DNA from: a virus
Lineage: Duplodnaviria; Caudoviricetes
Length of the DNA stretch: 64,000 nt
Reading direction: 5' to 3' (one strand)
Virus record (IMG/VR): IMGVR_UViG_3300032038_006680
Coordinates: 17,264 to 81,263 of that record
Under the pieces are notes generated by a model. The model searched no databases and was not told the origin of the DNA. It saw only the letters and a list, made by a program, of their open reading frames with translations. Below are positions 19,383-29,624 of this stretch, one piece after another (position 1 is the first letter of the stretch; each line of letters opens with the position of its first letter). The translations under genes and the position numbers were made by a program.

Positions 19383-19750
19383 CTGAAAAAGTGAAAATTG
19401 GTTACATTCGCTTTGGTCCGATTCCAAAAGATGAAAGAAGCCGAATAGGAAACGGAGTCATAGGTGATGAATATAAGTGCGTCGGGAAAGAAAAAGGTGT
19501 TTCTGTATGGAATGCAGTTTTGATTAAAGGAAAGTGGTGTCTTGTTGCACCTCATGGAAATTCTTGTACACACGGAGATTTTACTAGTTGTGCTTTTCCC
19601 GATGATTGTCTTGGTTGTTGCAAGGAAGACCTAATTTACATTGTTGATGGCGATGAAGTAGGAATCGGTTCAGATGGAGAACCGCTTCTAATAAATGTAA
19701 AAATAATTGAACAGCTACCATTTAATTATTTTTCATTCATACAAAAATAA
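19379..19750 (+). CDS. Hypothetical protein, paralog of 52078..52551
   Basis: YIRFGPIPKDERSRIGNG...EKGVSVW. Confidence 0.6.
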   Translation: MTEKVKIGYIRFGPIPKDERSRIGNGVIGDEYKCVGKEKGVSVWNAVLIKGKWCLVAPHGNSCTHGDFTSCAFPDDCLGCCKEDLIYIVDGDEVGIGSDGEPLLINVKIIEQLPFNYFSFIQK

Positions 19751-19765
19751 ATTACGGAGGATATA

Positions 19766-20134
19766 ATGACAATTAACGGACACAAACTTCCTGATTGCGC
19801 AAATGTTCTAGGTCAAGAATATAAGATAATTTACGAATGTGAAGATGAAAATATAAGACTTAAAGATGGGGACGGTTATCTTGAATCTTACGCAAAGGAA
19901 ATTCACATTGATAAATCTATATTTGAGCAAGATAACAATGACCCACTTCAAATGAAAAATCTTGATATTTATGGTCGTAAAGTTATTCGACATGAAATTA
20001 TACACGCATTTATTCTTGAAAGCGGGCTTTGGGAATGTTGCAAATGGGCGCAAGATGAAGAACTTACAGATTGGATTGCAAGACAATTTCCGAAGCTTTC
20101 GGAATGTTTTAGTAAATTAAAAATTAACCAATAG
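19766..20134 (+). CDS. HExxH zinc metallopeptidase-like phage protein
   Basis: VIRHEIIHAFILESGL. Confidence 0.6.
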   Translation: MTINGHKLPDCANVLGQEYKIIYECEDENIRLKDGDGYLESYAKEIHIDKSIFEQDNNDPLQMKNLDIYGRKVIRHEIIHAFILESGLWECCKWAQDEELTDWIARQFPKLSECFSKLKINQ

Positions 20135-20143
20135 GAGAAATAT

Positions 20144-20437
20144 ATGGTAATTAAAGCAAAAAAGAAGCCTGTTGTGATTGAGTGTATTCAGTTCAACGGA
20201 AACTCAAACAAAATGGAAATCGAAAAATGGATGGGGAAAGAATTGAAATGCGAGGTCTTTTCTGACAGTGCCTATGAAGTAGGAATGGGAGCACCAAGTT
20301 TTAGTCTTTTTATTCCTACGCTTGAAGGAGAAATGAGCGCAGACCCTTACGACTACATTATTAAAGGTGTAAACGGAGAGTTCTACCCTTGCAAGCCGGA
20401 CATTTTTGAAAAAACATACGAGGTAGTAAATGATTAA
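20144..20437 (+). CDS. PGDYG-like phage protein
   Basis: KKKPVVIEC...TLEGEM...DYIIKGVNGEFYPCKPDIFEKTYE. Confidence 0.7.
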   Translation: MVIKAKKKPVVIECIQFNGNSNKMEIEKWMGKELKCEVFSDSAYEVGMGAPSFSLFIPTLEGEMSADPYDYIIKGVNGEFYPCKPDIFEKTYEVVND

Positions 20438-20583
20438 GCAGATTATTCACGATTATATTCATTGCACACAGATGGAATTTCTTTTTAAACATCCATTTGT
20501 TGTATTAGGAATAACTGTTGGCATATTTGGAGCAGGTTGCATTGCTCTAATCGTACAAGAGAAAATACGAAACAAGAAAAAGA

Positions 20584-21216
20584 ATGACCCGACAACAGAT
20601 TGCTGAATCACTAGACCTTCACATCAATTACATCAACTCTGCGTTTGAGGCTGCTATTAAGGAGCACCCTGAGCTTGACATCTATGACTGTGCGAAAAAC
20701 AACAGAAAAGGAATGGGTGCGGATTATACCTTGGAGCAGGTGCTTCTTGCAATGTCCTATCTCCGTGACGGCAGGGGAATTTCTGAGATTGAGAAGATAA
20801 TGCTCTCTGAGGATTTCTCAATGCGTCCGCCTGAAAAGGTAAAGGCAATCGGTATAAAGGGCACTGAGGAGTTTATTCGCAAGGTGAAGAATTATCCCAA
20901 AAAGAAGTGCTGTTCTACCTGTTCATTCTGCACGAAATCCACGATGAAAAACAGAAAGCCTGTCTTAAAGCCTTACTGCCTCTTATGGGAGCGTTTTCTG
21001 CACAGGCTGAACGCAGACCCTTACAACGACTATTGCCGTCAGTGGGAGTATTCGGGCAAAGAGCCGCTTATCTTCTATACCCATAATTCCCCTACCAATG
21101 TTGATATTTACGGAAATGTAAAGAATGAAGTAATGGGCTTTGATGTAAGCGAGTTCGGGAAGAAGTCAGACGGTGAAATCCGACTTGTAACTGATGTGGG
21201 ATTGGGAGAGATTTAG
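20584..21216 (+). CDS. Hypothetical protein with Cys cluster
   Basis: CCSTCSFC...YC...YC. Confidence 0.6.
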   Translation: MTRQQIAESLDLHINYINSAFEAAIKEHPELDIYDCAKNNRKGMGADYTLEQVLLAMSYLRDGRGISEIEKIMLSEDFSMRPPEKVKAIGIKGTEEFIRKVKNYPKKKCCSTCSFCTKSTMKNRKPVLKPYCLLWERFLHRLNADPYNDYCRQWEYSGKEPLIFYTHNSPTNVDIYGNVKNEVMGFDVSEFGKKSDGEIRLVTDVGLGEI

Positions 21217-22325
21217 CCTTTTCTCCTAAGCAAATTCACAGGATAGAACTGATGTATTTCTGTTGCGTATTTGCAGTCTTTCACTTGTTTCAGGCTTGCG
21301 TACACATCAAGTGAATCAGTAAATCTTTTAAGCTGATAAGTTTCTTTCAATTTTCCCTTATAAAAAATCTGAATGGTAAAAGACTCCCTATTCCACACTA
21401 CTTCGTAAGATGTTCCTATTTGTTTTGATATTGTTCCGCCAGGCATACGGAGATGTTAGCGGAAGAAAAATTAAAGGCTAATCAGATTCTAGCTTTCCAG
21501 TAAAAACATCATTAAACACTTTCGTCAGTGCTTCCATTTGCTCCCTTAACTGTTTTTCCGTCAGTTTCTCTATCTGTTCTTTTGTCGGAAAATGTGATGT
21601 GTAAATCTTGTATTCATTTCGGATTTCCCAATATCTTTTCTCAGTCATAAAACCTCTCACTTCCCCTCAGTCCGTTCTTTCTTAGTGTTGCCTTGCAGGT
21701 TTCGTAATTTCTGTAATGGGTTAAATGCCAGCTTCCGCAATACTGACATCTGTAACTTCGCTGAGGTATGTTCTTCGGTCTGTGGGAGTTACGGGCTTTC
21801 TTTATCCTGCGGATAGTGTCGCTCGCTTCTTTTTGAGAAAAGCATATCTTGTTAGTTACGGAACAGTGTGGTTTATTGGTCATTTTTAATTTCTCTTTTA
21901 GTTCTGCATTTTCCTTTTCAAGTCTCATTACTTGTTTTACTTGATAGTCAAATTTATCTGATAAGTCTTGACAAACTTCTTTCAGTTTTGAAATACGCTT
22001 TTCTCTTGGCTTTGCTCCTGCAAGATAACCTTCTTTTGAAGCCTTAAAATCAACATCATCATAAAACCTGTTGCTTCCATCATAAGGTACTCTAAAAGCG
22101 TGTTTGTCTGCATAATCACCTGCTTCTTTTTCAAGTTCTTCTTTAGTCATTTTTTTCCTCCACAACACAATTTAGCTTCACATTCCTGCGAATGTATTTT
22201 CTTTGTTTTACTTTGGAATTTTTCTTGAAGTTGAGATAAAGGTAATGTGCATCTTCTCTAAAACATTCAACACCTCTTACCTCTTCTTGCTTTCCGTCTA
22301 TTCTATACTGAACTATTACTATCAT
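21213..22325 (-). CDS. Run of four small hypothetical genes (21213..21446, 21478..21660, 21641..22150, 22143..22325)
   Basis: Tightly packed, partly overlapping ORFs; 21641 shares LEKENAELKEKL with 51206..51664. Confidence 0.5.
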
Positions 22326-22486
22326 TTTCTTCCTCCTTTATCATCATACTGACAATCTTTAGCCGGATTATTGTCATTTGAGTTTTGACTTTGATAAAAC
22401 TTGCACTTGAACGGCGGATATTGAGGGAATATCAATTTACCACCCCCTGTCTTTAATACAACTCTGTATATTCTTTCCCTCTTGCC

Positions 22487-22782
22487 TCAATCATCTTCAT
22501 CCATATATTCGCCAGTATTGATAACGAATCCTTCCTGCTCACAATACGGACAAATCATTTTTTTTAGCAACAAACCTACGGGAGATACATTTATCCATCG
22601 GTTTTTACAGTTGATACAAATAAGCTCCTCTACTCTGTGAGGAATATTTTCTTCAAACGAAATTACTTCACTCAAAATCCACTCCCGGTGCTTTCGTACC
22701 ATGCACCACAATGTTTACACTGCCAGCCATGAGTAAACTGGACTAATTGATAGCCACAGACATTACATCTAAAAATCAGCAT
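22487..22782 (-). CDS. Two small zinc-ribbon proteins (22672..22782 MLIFRCNVC...CKHC; 22487..~22675 CINC...CPYC)
   Basis: CxxC pairs; the 36-aa ORF was translated by hand and is below the track cutoff. Confidence 0.5.
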
Positions 22783-22790
22783 ACTTTCTC

Positions 22791-22832
22791 CTATATCTCA
22801 ATGATTTGCTGTGCAATATCCTTGATTTCCTG
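22791..22832 (-). repeat. Orphan, synonymously diverged copy of the sbcDC 3' end (QEIKDIAQQIIEI*)
   Basis: 13 of 13 amino acids plus the TAG are identical to 25615..25656, with different synonymous codons. Confidence 0.85.
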
Positions 22833-22841
22833 ACAGATATT

Positions 22842-23567
22842 TCATCTCACAACTCCATCGTATTTAAAAGTTAGGTAGCGAGGAATTTTGAACCAAGCCT
22901 TAATCGGTCTGCTTGTACACCACCGTTTTTGCTCAAGATTAGCGTAAGCTGTACCGCCGTCGTCAGCCATTACAGTGATACTAAAGCCACAATGCTCTGG
23001 GTCTTCAGGCGGAAAGTCATCAGGATTTAGTTCCATATTATGCCACTCAATGCAATAATGCTCGGCAATATGTCTTAATTTTGCATTTTCGGCGACTAAC
23101 TTCGCATAAGCCTTTGTGTGTCGTTCATTATCAGCCATCATCGACTGTTTTAGTTCACGATACTGCTTTTTCATTGTCTGTCGATAAGACATCTTGTGAG
23201 CAAGTTCTTTTTTGAGAAAATTGATGATTATATCTTTCTCGTTCAACATCTGCTGAAGGTTATACACATCTGTCATATTCTTGCCGTCAATTTCAAGACA
23301 TATTCCTTTTTGTCCTCGTATAAGCTCCAGTTCGTGCAGAAGTCGTTTGTTTTCTTTTTCAAGCCTTTCAATCACCTTTGAATTGTCAGTATGACTACAG
23401 TTGCAGTGATTTTGTCCTGATATGAATGCTTTTCTTAGAAGCCATTCCAATTCATCGTAGCAAGTCCTTGTGTCTACACCTCTTTCGTAATTAAAAAAAA
23501 CTGTTGCTACATTTACTATTTCATCATCATATTTTGCTTTCCATTCTTCAAAAGTTTTAATTCCCAT
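22842..23567 (-). CDS. Coiled-coil hypothetical protein with DUF551-like C-terminus
   Basis: IEWHNMELNPDDFPP...IKAWFKIP. Confidence 0.5.
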   Translation of the reverse strand: MGIKTFEEWKAKYDDEIVNVATVFFNYERGVDTRTCYDELEWLLRKAFISGQNHCNCSHTDNSKVIERLEKENKRLLHELELIRGQKGICLEIDGKNMTDVYNLQQMLNEKDIIINFLKKELAHKMSYRQTMKKQYRELKQSMMADNERHTKAYAKLVAENAKLRHIAEHYCIEWHNMELNPDDFPPEDPEHCGFSITVMADDGGTAYANLEQKRWCTSRPIKAWFKIPRYLTFKYDGVVR

Positions 23568-24763
23568 TATTCTGCCGCCTTAAAATTGTAGATCGGTTTC
23601 ACAATGTTGATAATATCAACAGAGTTTTTTACATTCTCGATAATCTCAGAAGCTGACTTATATGCCATAGGAGCTTCATCAATGGTTGAGTTATTCACGC
23701 AAGTCGTATAAATTCCGTCCATACAATTTTTGAAGTCATCCAATTTAAGGGATTCTTTTGCAGCCTTACGCGACATCAATCGGCCAGCTCCATGAGGAGC
23801 GGAGAAGTTCCATTCAGGATTTCCTTTTCCTATACAGATAAGAGAACCGTCACGCATATTCATAGGAATGATAAGCTTTTCGCCTTTTTGGGCAGAAACA
23901 GAGCCTTTCCTGAGAATCATATTTTTAGTGTCAATATAGTTGTGAATTGACGAAAACGATTCAATGATTTCATTCTGAGTAATACCAAGACCTTTAATGA
24001 TAACATCGAGCATTGCTTTTCTGTTGAAAACTGCATATTTCTGGGCAAGCTCCATATCGTGAATGTAGTTGTTGAAATTTTCCCCTTCAACATAAGTAAG
24101 TTCGTCAGGACAGTTTTCACCTTTCAGTTTTGAAAGTGTACTTTCAATCTCTTTGTATTTACCCTCAGCCTTTAATTTTGCAATAATCTCTGCACGCTCT
24201 TTCGTATGATTGTGCATTTCTTTAATTGCAAGTTTCTGATAGAAATTGCAGATTTCAACGCCAAGGTGTCGAGAACCTGAGTGAACTACGACATAGAAGT
24301 TGCCAGACTCATCTTTATCAACTTCGATAAAATGATTTCCTCCGCCAAGAGAGCCTATTGATAAAGGTGCAATCGCTGATACAGGTGCAATGAAATCTTT
24401 GTAATTGATTTTGCTTGCAAAAGCGTGTGGTGTTTGTCTGTGATTTTTGCCTGACGGAATCTTTTCGTGAATAAGAGCGTCAAGTTTTGCAAGGTCAATC
24501 TTAGTGCAATCAGCTTTTACAACGACAACATCAACGCCGCAGCCAATATCTACTCCGACGAGATTTGGGCAGATTTTATCCTTAATTGTCATTGTCGTAC
24601 CTATTGTACAGCCTGCTCCTGCGTGAGCATCAGGCATGATGCGTACTTTCAAATCTTTGCACCAAATCTGATTCATCATCTGCAAAATCTGTTTGTAAGC
24701 CTCATTTTCCAAGTTGTCCGTATAAACAATAGCACTGTTATATTTTCCTTTTATTTCAATCAT
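23567..24763 (-). CDS. rtcB: RtcB-family RNA ligase
   Basis: IMPDAHAG.GCTIG, VGVDIGCG, GSLGGGNHFIE, HSGSR, HNY, SAPHGAGRLMSR, DEAPMAYK. Confidence 0.95.
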   Translation of the reverse strand: MIEIKGKYNSAIVYTDNLENEAYKQILQMMNQIWCKDLKVRIMPDAHAGAGCTIGTTMTIKDKICPNLVGVDIGCGVDVVVVKADCTKIDLAKLDALIHEKIPSGKNHRQTPHAFASKINYKDFIAPVSAIAPLSIGSLGGGNHFIEVDKDESGNFYVVVHSGSRHLGVEICNFYQKLAIKEMHNHTKERAEIIAKLKAEGKYKEIESTLSKLKGENCPDELTYVEGENFNNYIHDMELAQKYAVFNRKAMLDVIIKGLGITQNEIIESFSSIHNYIDTKNMILRKGSVSAQKGEKLIIPMNMRDGSLICIGKGNPEWNFSAPHGAGRLMSRKAAKESLKLDDFKNCMDGIYTTCVNNSTIDEAPMAYKSASEIIENVKNSVDIINIVKPIYNFKAAE

Positions 24764-25271
24764 AATTTCACCACCTTATATGAGTTCGGGAGCAATTTCT
24801 TAAAATGCTTCATTATTTCTGTATTATCTGTTTCCCTTGCCATTCTTCTTATTCTGTCAAGAACCTCTATAAGATTTTTCCATTCTGACATACAGTAGTT
24901 TTTCCACTCTTCTGAATCGAAATTTATGTCAAAACAGTCCATTGTTATAGGTGTTGTAAGAAGCAGTTTTCTCTCATATTCTATTTGAGTTTTTGTCATC
25001 TTTTTTTTATCACCTCCTCAAATTTTGAAGACCTGTCTGATAAGGGTTTGAAATCAAAATCTGGTAATCGTTCGAAATGAATTATCTTCCCTTCTGATTT
25101 TAATCTTATCATATCTTTTATGGCGTCATTGAAATCCATGAATTTGCACGGACAAATATGCCCTTTAGAAATGTTCACGAACTGAAATTCAAACGGGCTG
25201 TATTTATTCCTTATCAGCCACACCTCAACGGTGTCTTTTGGTCTTGTTACTGAAAATCTATATATCAGCAT
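24760..25271 (-). CDS. Two hypothetical genes (24760..24999; 24996..25271, paralog of 45162..45416)
   Basis: RPKDTVEVWL...FVNISKGHICPC. Confidence 0.55.
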
Positions 25272-25600
25272 ACGCTCTCCCTTACATCAGCAAGATGTAT
25301 CGCATACACAGGCTTGTCTATGTGCAAGTCTGTGTCCTTGCCGTCTACAACCTCAATTTTCTTAATGATTGCATTTAACCTAGTTTTTGGATTATATCCA
25401 AGTTGTAGCTTACAAATCATTGGAAATAGAAAAACATCTTTTGTCGCTTCATAATCGTATGAGATAGTGTTAAATGTTAGACTTCCTCCTTCATGCCACA
25501 ATCTTTTCGTCCAATACGGTTTTACTTCCCGATACTCAATCGTCTTTTCACCGCTCTTGATTTTCTCATACCATTCTTTTTTCAGTGGAAATATCAGCAT
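25265..25600 (-). CDS. ASCH/PUA-like domain protein
   Basis: LKKEWYEKIKSGEKTIEYRE. Confidence 0.8.
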   Translation of the reverse strand: MLIFPLKKEWYEKIKSGEKTIEYREVKPYWTKRLWHEGGSLTFNTISYDYEATKDVFLFPMICKLQLGYNPKTRLNAIIKKIEVVDGKDTDLHIDKPVYAIHLADVRESVC

Positions 25601-25614
25601 TGTTTCATTCTTCC

Positions 25615-28600
25615 CTATATCTCAATAATCTGCTGTGCGATGTCCTTAATCTCTTGACTATGCGTGATAAGCACTGTCAGTCTGGAATTCGCTGCATTGT
25701 GTGCCGAAGTTACCATGTTCAGATACTTTGGCCGTAACGCTCCGTCAAGGGAACCGTCTGATTCGTCAATAAGCCGTGTGCGGAAATTGAATCCTGTTCG
25801 GTTCATCTGTACGATTGAGAATGCATAGAAAAGGGCCTGCTTTATCCATATACGCTCGCCGGAAGAAACAAGGTCGATTGTCTTTTCGTCATCGTTGTCA
25901 GAATCGTACACGAGAATGTTGAAATCCTCGTTTGCTTTGCGGTTTGCCTTTAATTCTGATGTGCTTCCGAAACGGACGGTGAACTTGTTGCCGTAGCTTT
26001 CAGAGAGGATTTTGTTGGTAATCTCTGCAATCTCTGGAGCGGATTCACGGAGTTCTATTGCAGGAATGCCATTGTTTGAGAAAGCGTCCTCAATGAAGAG
26101 ATATGCTGTTATCTTCTCGCTCAGTTCCTTGAGTTCCTTTTTCTTTTCAGTAACAGATTTAAGTTCCTTCCTGTAACGCTCGTTTTCCTTTTCTGCTGAC
26201 TTTATTGTGGCTGCAAGATCGCTTTTTCTGTTGAGTTCCCTCTGCAACTTATCCTCAGTTTCTTTCAGCTTCTCGGAAACATCTTCTGCCATTTCGGAAT
26301 CAACGATTGAATCCATTTTGTCCTGCAAATCATCAAGCTCCTTTGAAAGTTTCTGATGTTCCTCAACGGCTTCGTCATAAGAGTATTCCTTATAGACTTC
26401 ATCAACGCTTTCGATAAAATCTGTACAGGATTGTGATTCAGATTGTAAATCCACAAGGCTGCCTTCAACCTTTGCCTTTTCATCTGCGAGACTGTCTCTT
26501 TCTGTTTCAAGTTCCTTTAAGTCTTTGCGTATCTCAATCAAAGCCTTGCTTTCTTTATCAAGTTCTTTTTCAAGGGCTGAAAGTTCATTCTGTGACTTTG
26601 TGATATGTGACAGAAGTTCCTGCTTCTTGTGCTCAGAAATAGGCTGTCCGCAAGTCGGGCATACTTCATCAACTTTGACAATCTGAGACTTGCAAAGTTT
26701 TATATCCGCTTCAATCTTGCTTATTGAGAGTTTTTTCTCAGATTCTTCTTTGCTTTTCTGCATTACCTTTTCGGTAAGATTGTTTATTCTGCCATTCAAG
26801 CCAGCCGACTTGTTCATTAGTTCTTCAATAAGCGGTGCATTTTCTGCTACGGTCTTATTTGCGGAATCAATCTTGTCATAAACGGACATATTGCTTACGG
26901 CTTCTTCCAGCTTCTCAAACAGAGGCTTTGTCTCGTCAAACTCTTTCTTGTACTGGTCGTACAGTGCGGAGTTCGCTTCCCTCACGGCTTTTACTTTCTG
27001 ATATTCAGCGTCCCTTGCTTTAAGCTCCGCAACTTCCTTTTCAAGTGCGGCTACTGAAAATTCCTGCCCTTTAAGTTCATTCTGCCATGAGGTTATGTCC
27101 TGCTCGTTCTGTCTGATTATGTCTTCGTAGCGTGAGTATGAATCAATCTCAGCTTCGATTTTTTCAGCAGATTTCTCCACTTCCTTTCTCTCTTCCCTTG
27201 CGATTACGGAAACTTCCTTGAGGTGGTCCGTTCCTGCAAGTTTTGAGAGCAGTTCCATACGCTCACCTTTTGTTGTTGAAGAAATATCGGGAGTTCCCTT
27301 TGTCTGTTCCTTTGCAAAGAAAGCCGTTCTGAGAAATACATCAATGCTTCCGAATGTGGAATCAACCCACTGCTTATAGGAATCAAGTGAGCCGTCAGTT
27401 TCTGGAAGTGAAGTCCAGGTCTCACGGTCTTTTGATGTCTCGACAAAGTAAACGGCTTTCCCTGTCTTTGTTTTTCCGTCTATAAGCATGGAGATTCTGT
27501 AGTACAGTCCGGTCTCATCTCTGTAGACAAGAATACGGTGGCTGTCCTTGAGATAAAAGTTCTCTTTAAGAGTTCCCTCGCGGGTAAGCATACAAGGATA
27601 TGGGTGACAGTTCTCTATAATTGTTGTCTTACCATGTCCGTTAGGACCTATTAGGCACACTACCCCGTCATCATATTTCTCAAAATTCAGCTCAAAATCT
27701 TCCTTGTGCTGACCGTCCCTGATTCCGATTGCACCTCTTAATGAGAGCGAGAGAAGTTCAAACGAGTGCTGGGGGTATGCGAGTTTAATGAGAGTGTTAT
27801 CCTGTATGTCTTGCAGGAGTTCCTTTGTATGCTTTGGAAGTTTAAGGCCTTTTTCCTTAGCGTACTCCGTCATTTTCTCAACGATAGACTTACGCTTTAC
27901 GACCTCGCTTTTCGGTGCGTTTTCCGTGTCGATTATAGTAGGCTCCAGCTTTACAGAAACGGCATTTGTCTTTGCCTTGATTTCATCCGCAAGCTGCTTG
28001 AGATTGAGCGTTTTCTTTTCTTCTTTTGTGCATTGAAAAAGAATCCGAAGATGATTTAATCCAAAGCTATATTTTCCAATAGACTTTAAAGCGTCACCAA
28101 GCTGTCCACTTTTATATGTTAAAACATTGTGCTTAATGAAATCTAATGTTTTAAAAGTCGGCAAACCGAAAGAAATTCTCTCAACTCTTGTTTCTCCGTT
28201 TTCAATAGCCACGAGGTTATAGCAGCCGTCATGTGTCTCTCCGAAGTCTTTAGGACAGGCGGAGCCGCTGTACCATGCGTTCTTGAATACTTCCTGTGGC
28301 TTATGAATATGACCAAGAGCATAGTAGTCAGCATTAAGAGATTGCAGAAGTCCTTTTGGAATAGCAGTCGGGGAAGAAGCTGACACTCCGTTCTGATAGA
28401 CGGCACCTTTTACTTCGCCGTGGTAGACGACAATAAGAGGAGTTTTTATATCCTGAAAAAGAGGGTCTGATGTCTCTTTCTCTCTATACCCTCTCAAGAA
28501 ATCTCTTAAACCTTCAATACTACCTTTTATGTTGTCGTTAATTGCTTTATTTGTTTCTTCAACAGAATTTCTTACATAATTGCTTCTTCTTGGTTCTGGA

Positions 28601-28992
28601 ATACAGTAAATCGTCACTTTATCACAAGCCGTTGCTCCTGTAAGTGGGTTTATATATTCTTTTCCAAATTCGGGCGATAAGATTTGTATTGAATCTATTA
28701 CGGTTGTTCTGTCAGACTGAAAAGCGTCTAATGAACCGTTTGGTTCGTGAGTCGGAGTGCCGTAAATAAAATAAAGATAGGTATGTTTCTCAAGCTCTCT
28801 TACAGCTGAGATAATATCAGAGAATCCACTTCCCTTTGTCGCAGTTATAGTTGAATCCCAGAAATCACCTGCAAAGAGAATAAAATCAATGTCACCCCGC
28901 TTGCAGCGTTCTATAAGAGTATTGAGAATATGAAGTGTCTGTGGTAAACGCTCTCTTGAAGCGTGAATGTCTGCAATATGAATAAAACGCAT
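25615..28992 (-). CDS. Single-chain SbcD-SbcC (Mre11-Rad50-like) nuclease-ATPase fusion
   Basis: Nuclease part: ADIH, AGD, GHIH, YSGS. ATPase part: GPNGHGKTT, coiled coil with CPTC zinc hook, SSGE, LIDESDGSLD, THS. Confidence 0.9.
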   Translation of the reverse strand: MRFIHIADIHASRERLPQTLHILNTLIERCKRGDIDFILFAGDFWDSTITATKGSGFSDIISAVRELEKHTYLYFIYGTPTHEPNGSLDAFQSDRTTVIDSIQILSPEFGKEYINPLTGATACDKVTIYCIPEPRRSNYVRNSVEETNKAINDNIKGSIEGLRDFLRGYREKETSDPLFQDIKTPLIVVYHGEVKGAVYQNGVSASSPTAIPKGLLQSLNADYYALGHIHKPQEVFKNAWYSGSACPKDFGETHDGCYNLVAIENGETRVERISFGLPTFKTLDFIKHNVLTYKSGQLGDALKSIGKYSFGLNHLRILFQCTKEEKKTLNLKQLADEIKAKTNAVSVKLEPTIIDTENAPKSEVVKRKSIVEKMTEYAKEKGLKLPKHTKELLQDIQDNTLIKLAYPQHSFELLSLSLRGAIGIRDGQHKEDFELNFEKYDDGVVCLIGPNGHGKTTIIENCHPYPCMLTREGTLKENFYLKDSHRILVYRDETGLYYRISMLIDGKTKTGKAVYFVETSKDRETWTSLPETDGSLDSYKQWVDSTFGSIDVFLRTAFFAKEQTKGTPDISSTTKGERMELLSKLAGTDHLKEVSVIAREERKEVEKSAEKIEAEIDSYSRYEDIIRQNEQDITSWQNELKGQEFSVAALEKEVAELKARDAEYQKVKAVREANSALYDQYKKEFDETKPLFEKLEEAVSNMSVYDKIDSANKTVAENAPLIEELMNKSAGLNGRINNLTEKVMQKSKEESEKKLSISKIEADIKLCKSQIVKVDEVCPTCGQPISEHKKQELLSHITKSQNELSALEKELDKESKALIEIRKDLKELETERDSLADEKAKVEGSLVDLQSESQSCTDFIESVDEVYKEYSYDEAVEEHQKLSKELDDLQDKMDSIVDSEMAEDVSEKLKETEDKLQRELNRKSDLAATIKSAEKENERYRKELKSVTEKKKELKELSEKITAYLFIEDAFSNNGIPAIELRESAPEIAEITNKILSESYGNKFTVRFGSTSELKANRKANEDFNILVYDSDNDDEKTIDLVSSGERIWIKQALFYAFSIVQMNRTGFNFRTRLIDESDGSLDGALRPKYLNMVTSAHNAANSRLTVLITHSQEIKDIAQQIIEI

Positions 28993-29533
28993 TATTTTTT
29001 CTCCTCTTTTGTTTTTAAGTCTTTAATATGCTCTTGTTGGTAAAGCATGAAGTTGATTTTCTGTAAGTCTGAAATACCGCCGTTACGAACAAAGCTTTTT
29101 AAGAAACCCATTATTGAATACAACTCGAAATCTTGTTCAAACTCCGGCTTATGTTCTTCCATATATTCAAACGCAACTTTCAATTTATCTTCACAGTCGT
29201 CTAACATTACGACTAATTTGTGTAAATTGAATCTTTCTTTGTTCATGCAATCTCCTCTCGTGCTCTTGCCCATTCAGCCTGTTTTAGCCAATAGTCGTTA
29301 TACCGTTCGTGCTCATCAGCTTTCTCTTCAAGCCAATAAATACGGTCACGAAGGATATTTATCTCATACGAAAACTGAGGGTCACAGATGTTTTCAAGTT
29401 CCCGAAGCCGGGAGTACAAAGGTTGCAACTGAGAATCACACTCACTCATCAATCTGTACTGCTCCGCTGCGTTTCTTTCTGCTTCTTCAACGGTGCAATC
29501 TATTGGCTCAAACAGCATTAGCGTACACTCCAT
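28992..29533 (-). CDS. Two hypothetical genes (28992..29273, 29243..29533)
   Basis: ORF track; first genes of the sbcDC operon. Confidence 0.5.
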
Positions 29534-29547
29534 GTATATTTTTCTTT

Positions 29548-29576
29548 AGTATAATATACTGTCTATATATTGTAAA
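29548..29576 (-). promoter_or_regulatory. Promoter TTTACA-N17-TATACT with ATATA(C/G) operator-like repeats
   Basis: -35 at 29576-29571, -10 at 29553-29548; AATATAC-N5-GTATATT inverted repeat upstream. Confidence 0.65.
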
Positions 29577-29624
29577 GGTGAAAAAATATACTATCTGTAT
29601 ATTCTGAGAGAAAAAAAAAATTTA

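Noticed and set aside
22300-22490. Read-through of the TGA ending 22487..22711 into an open frame (GKRERIYRVVL...)
   Set aside because: The upstream zinc-ribbon protein looks complete at MDEDD; the open frame may be chance or a decayed gene.
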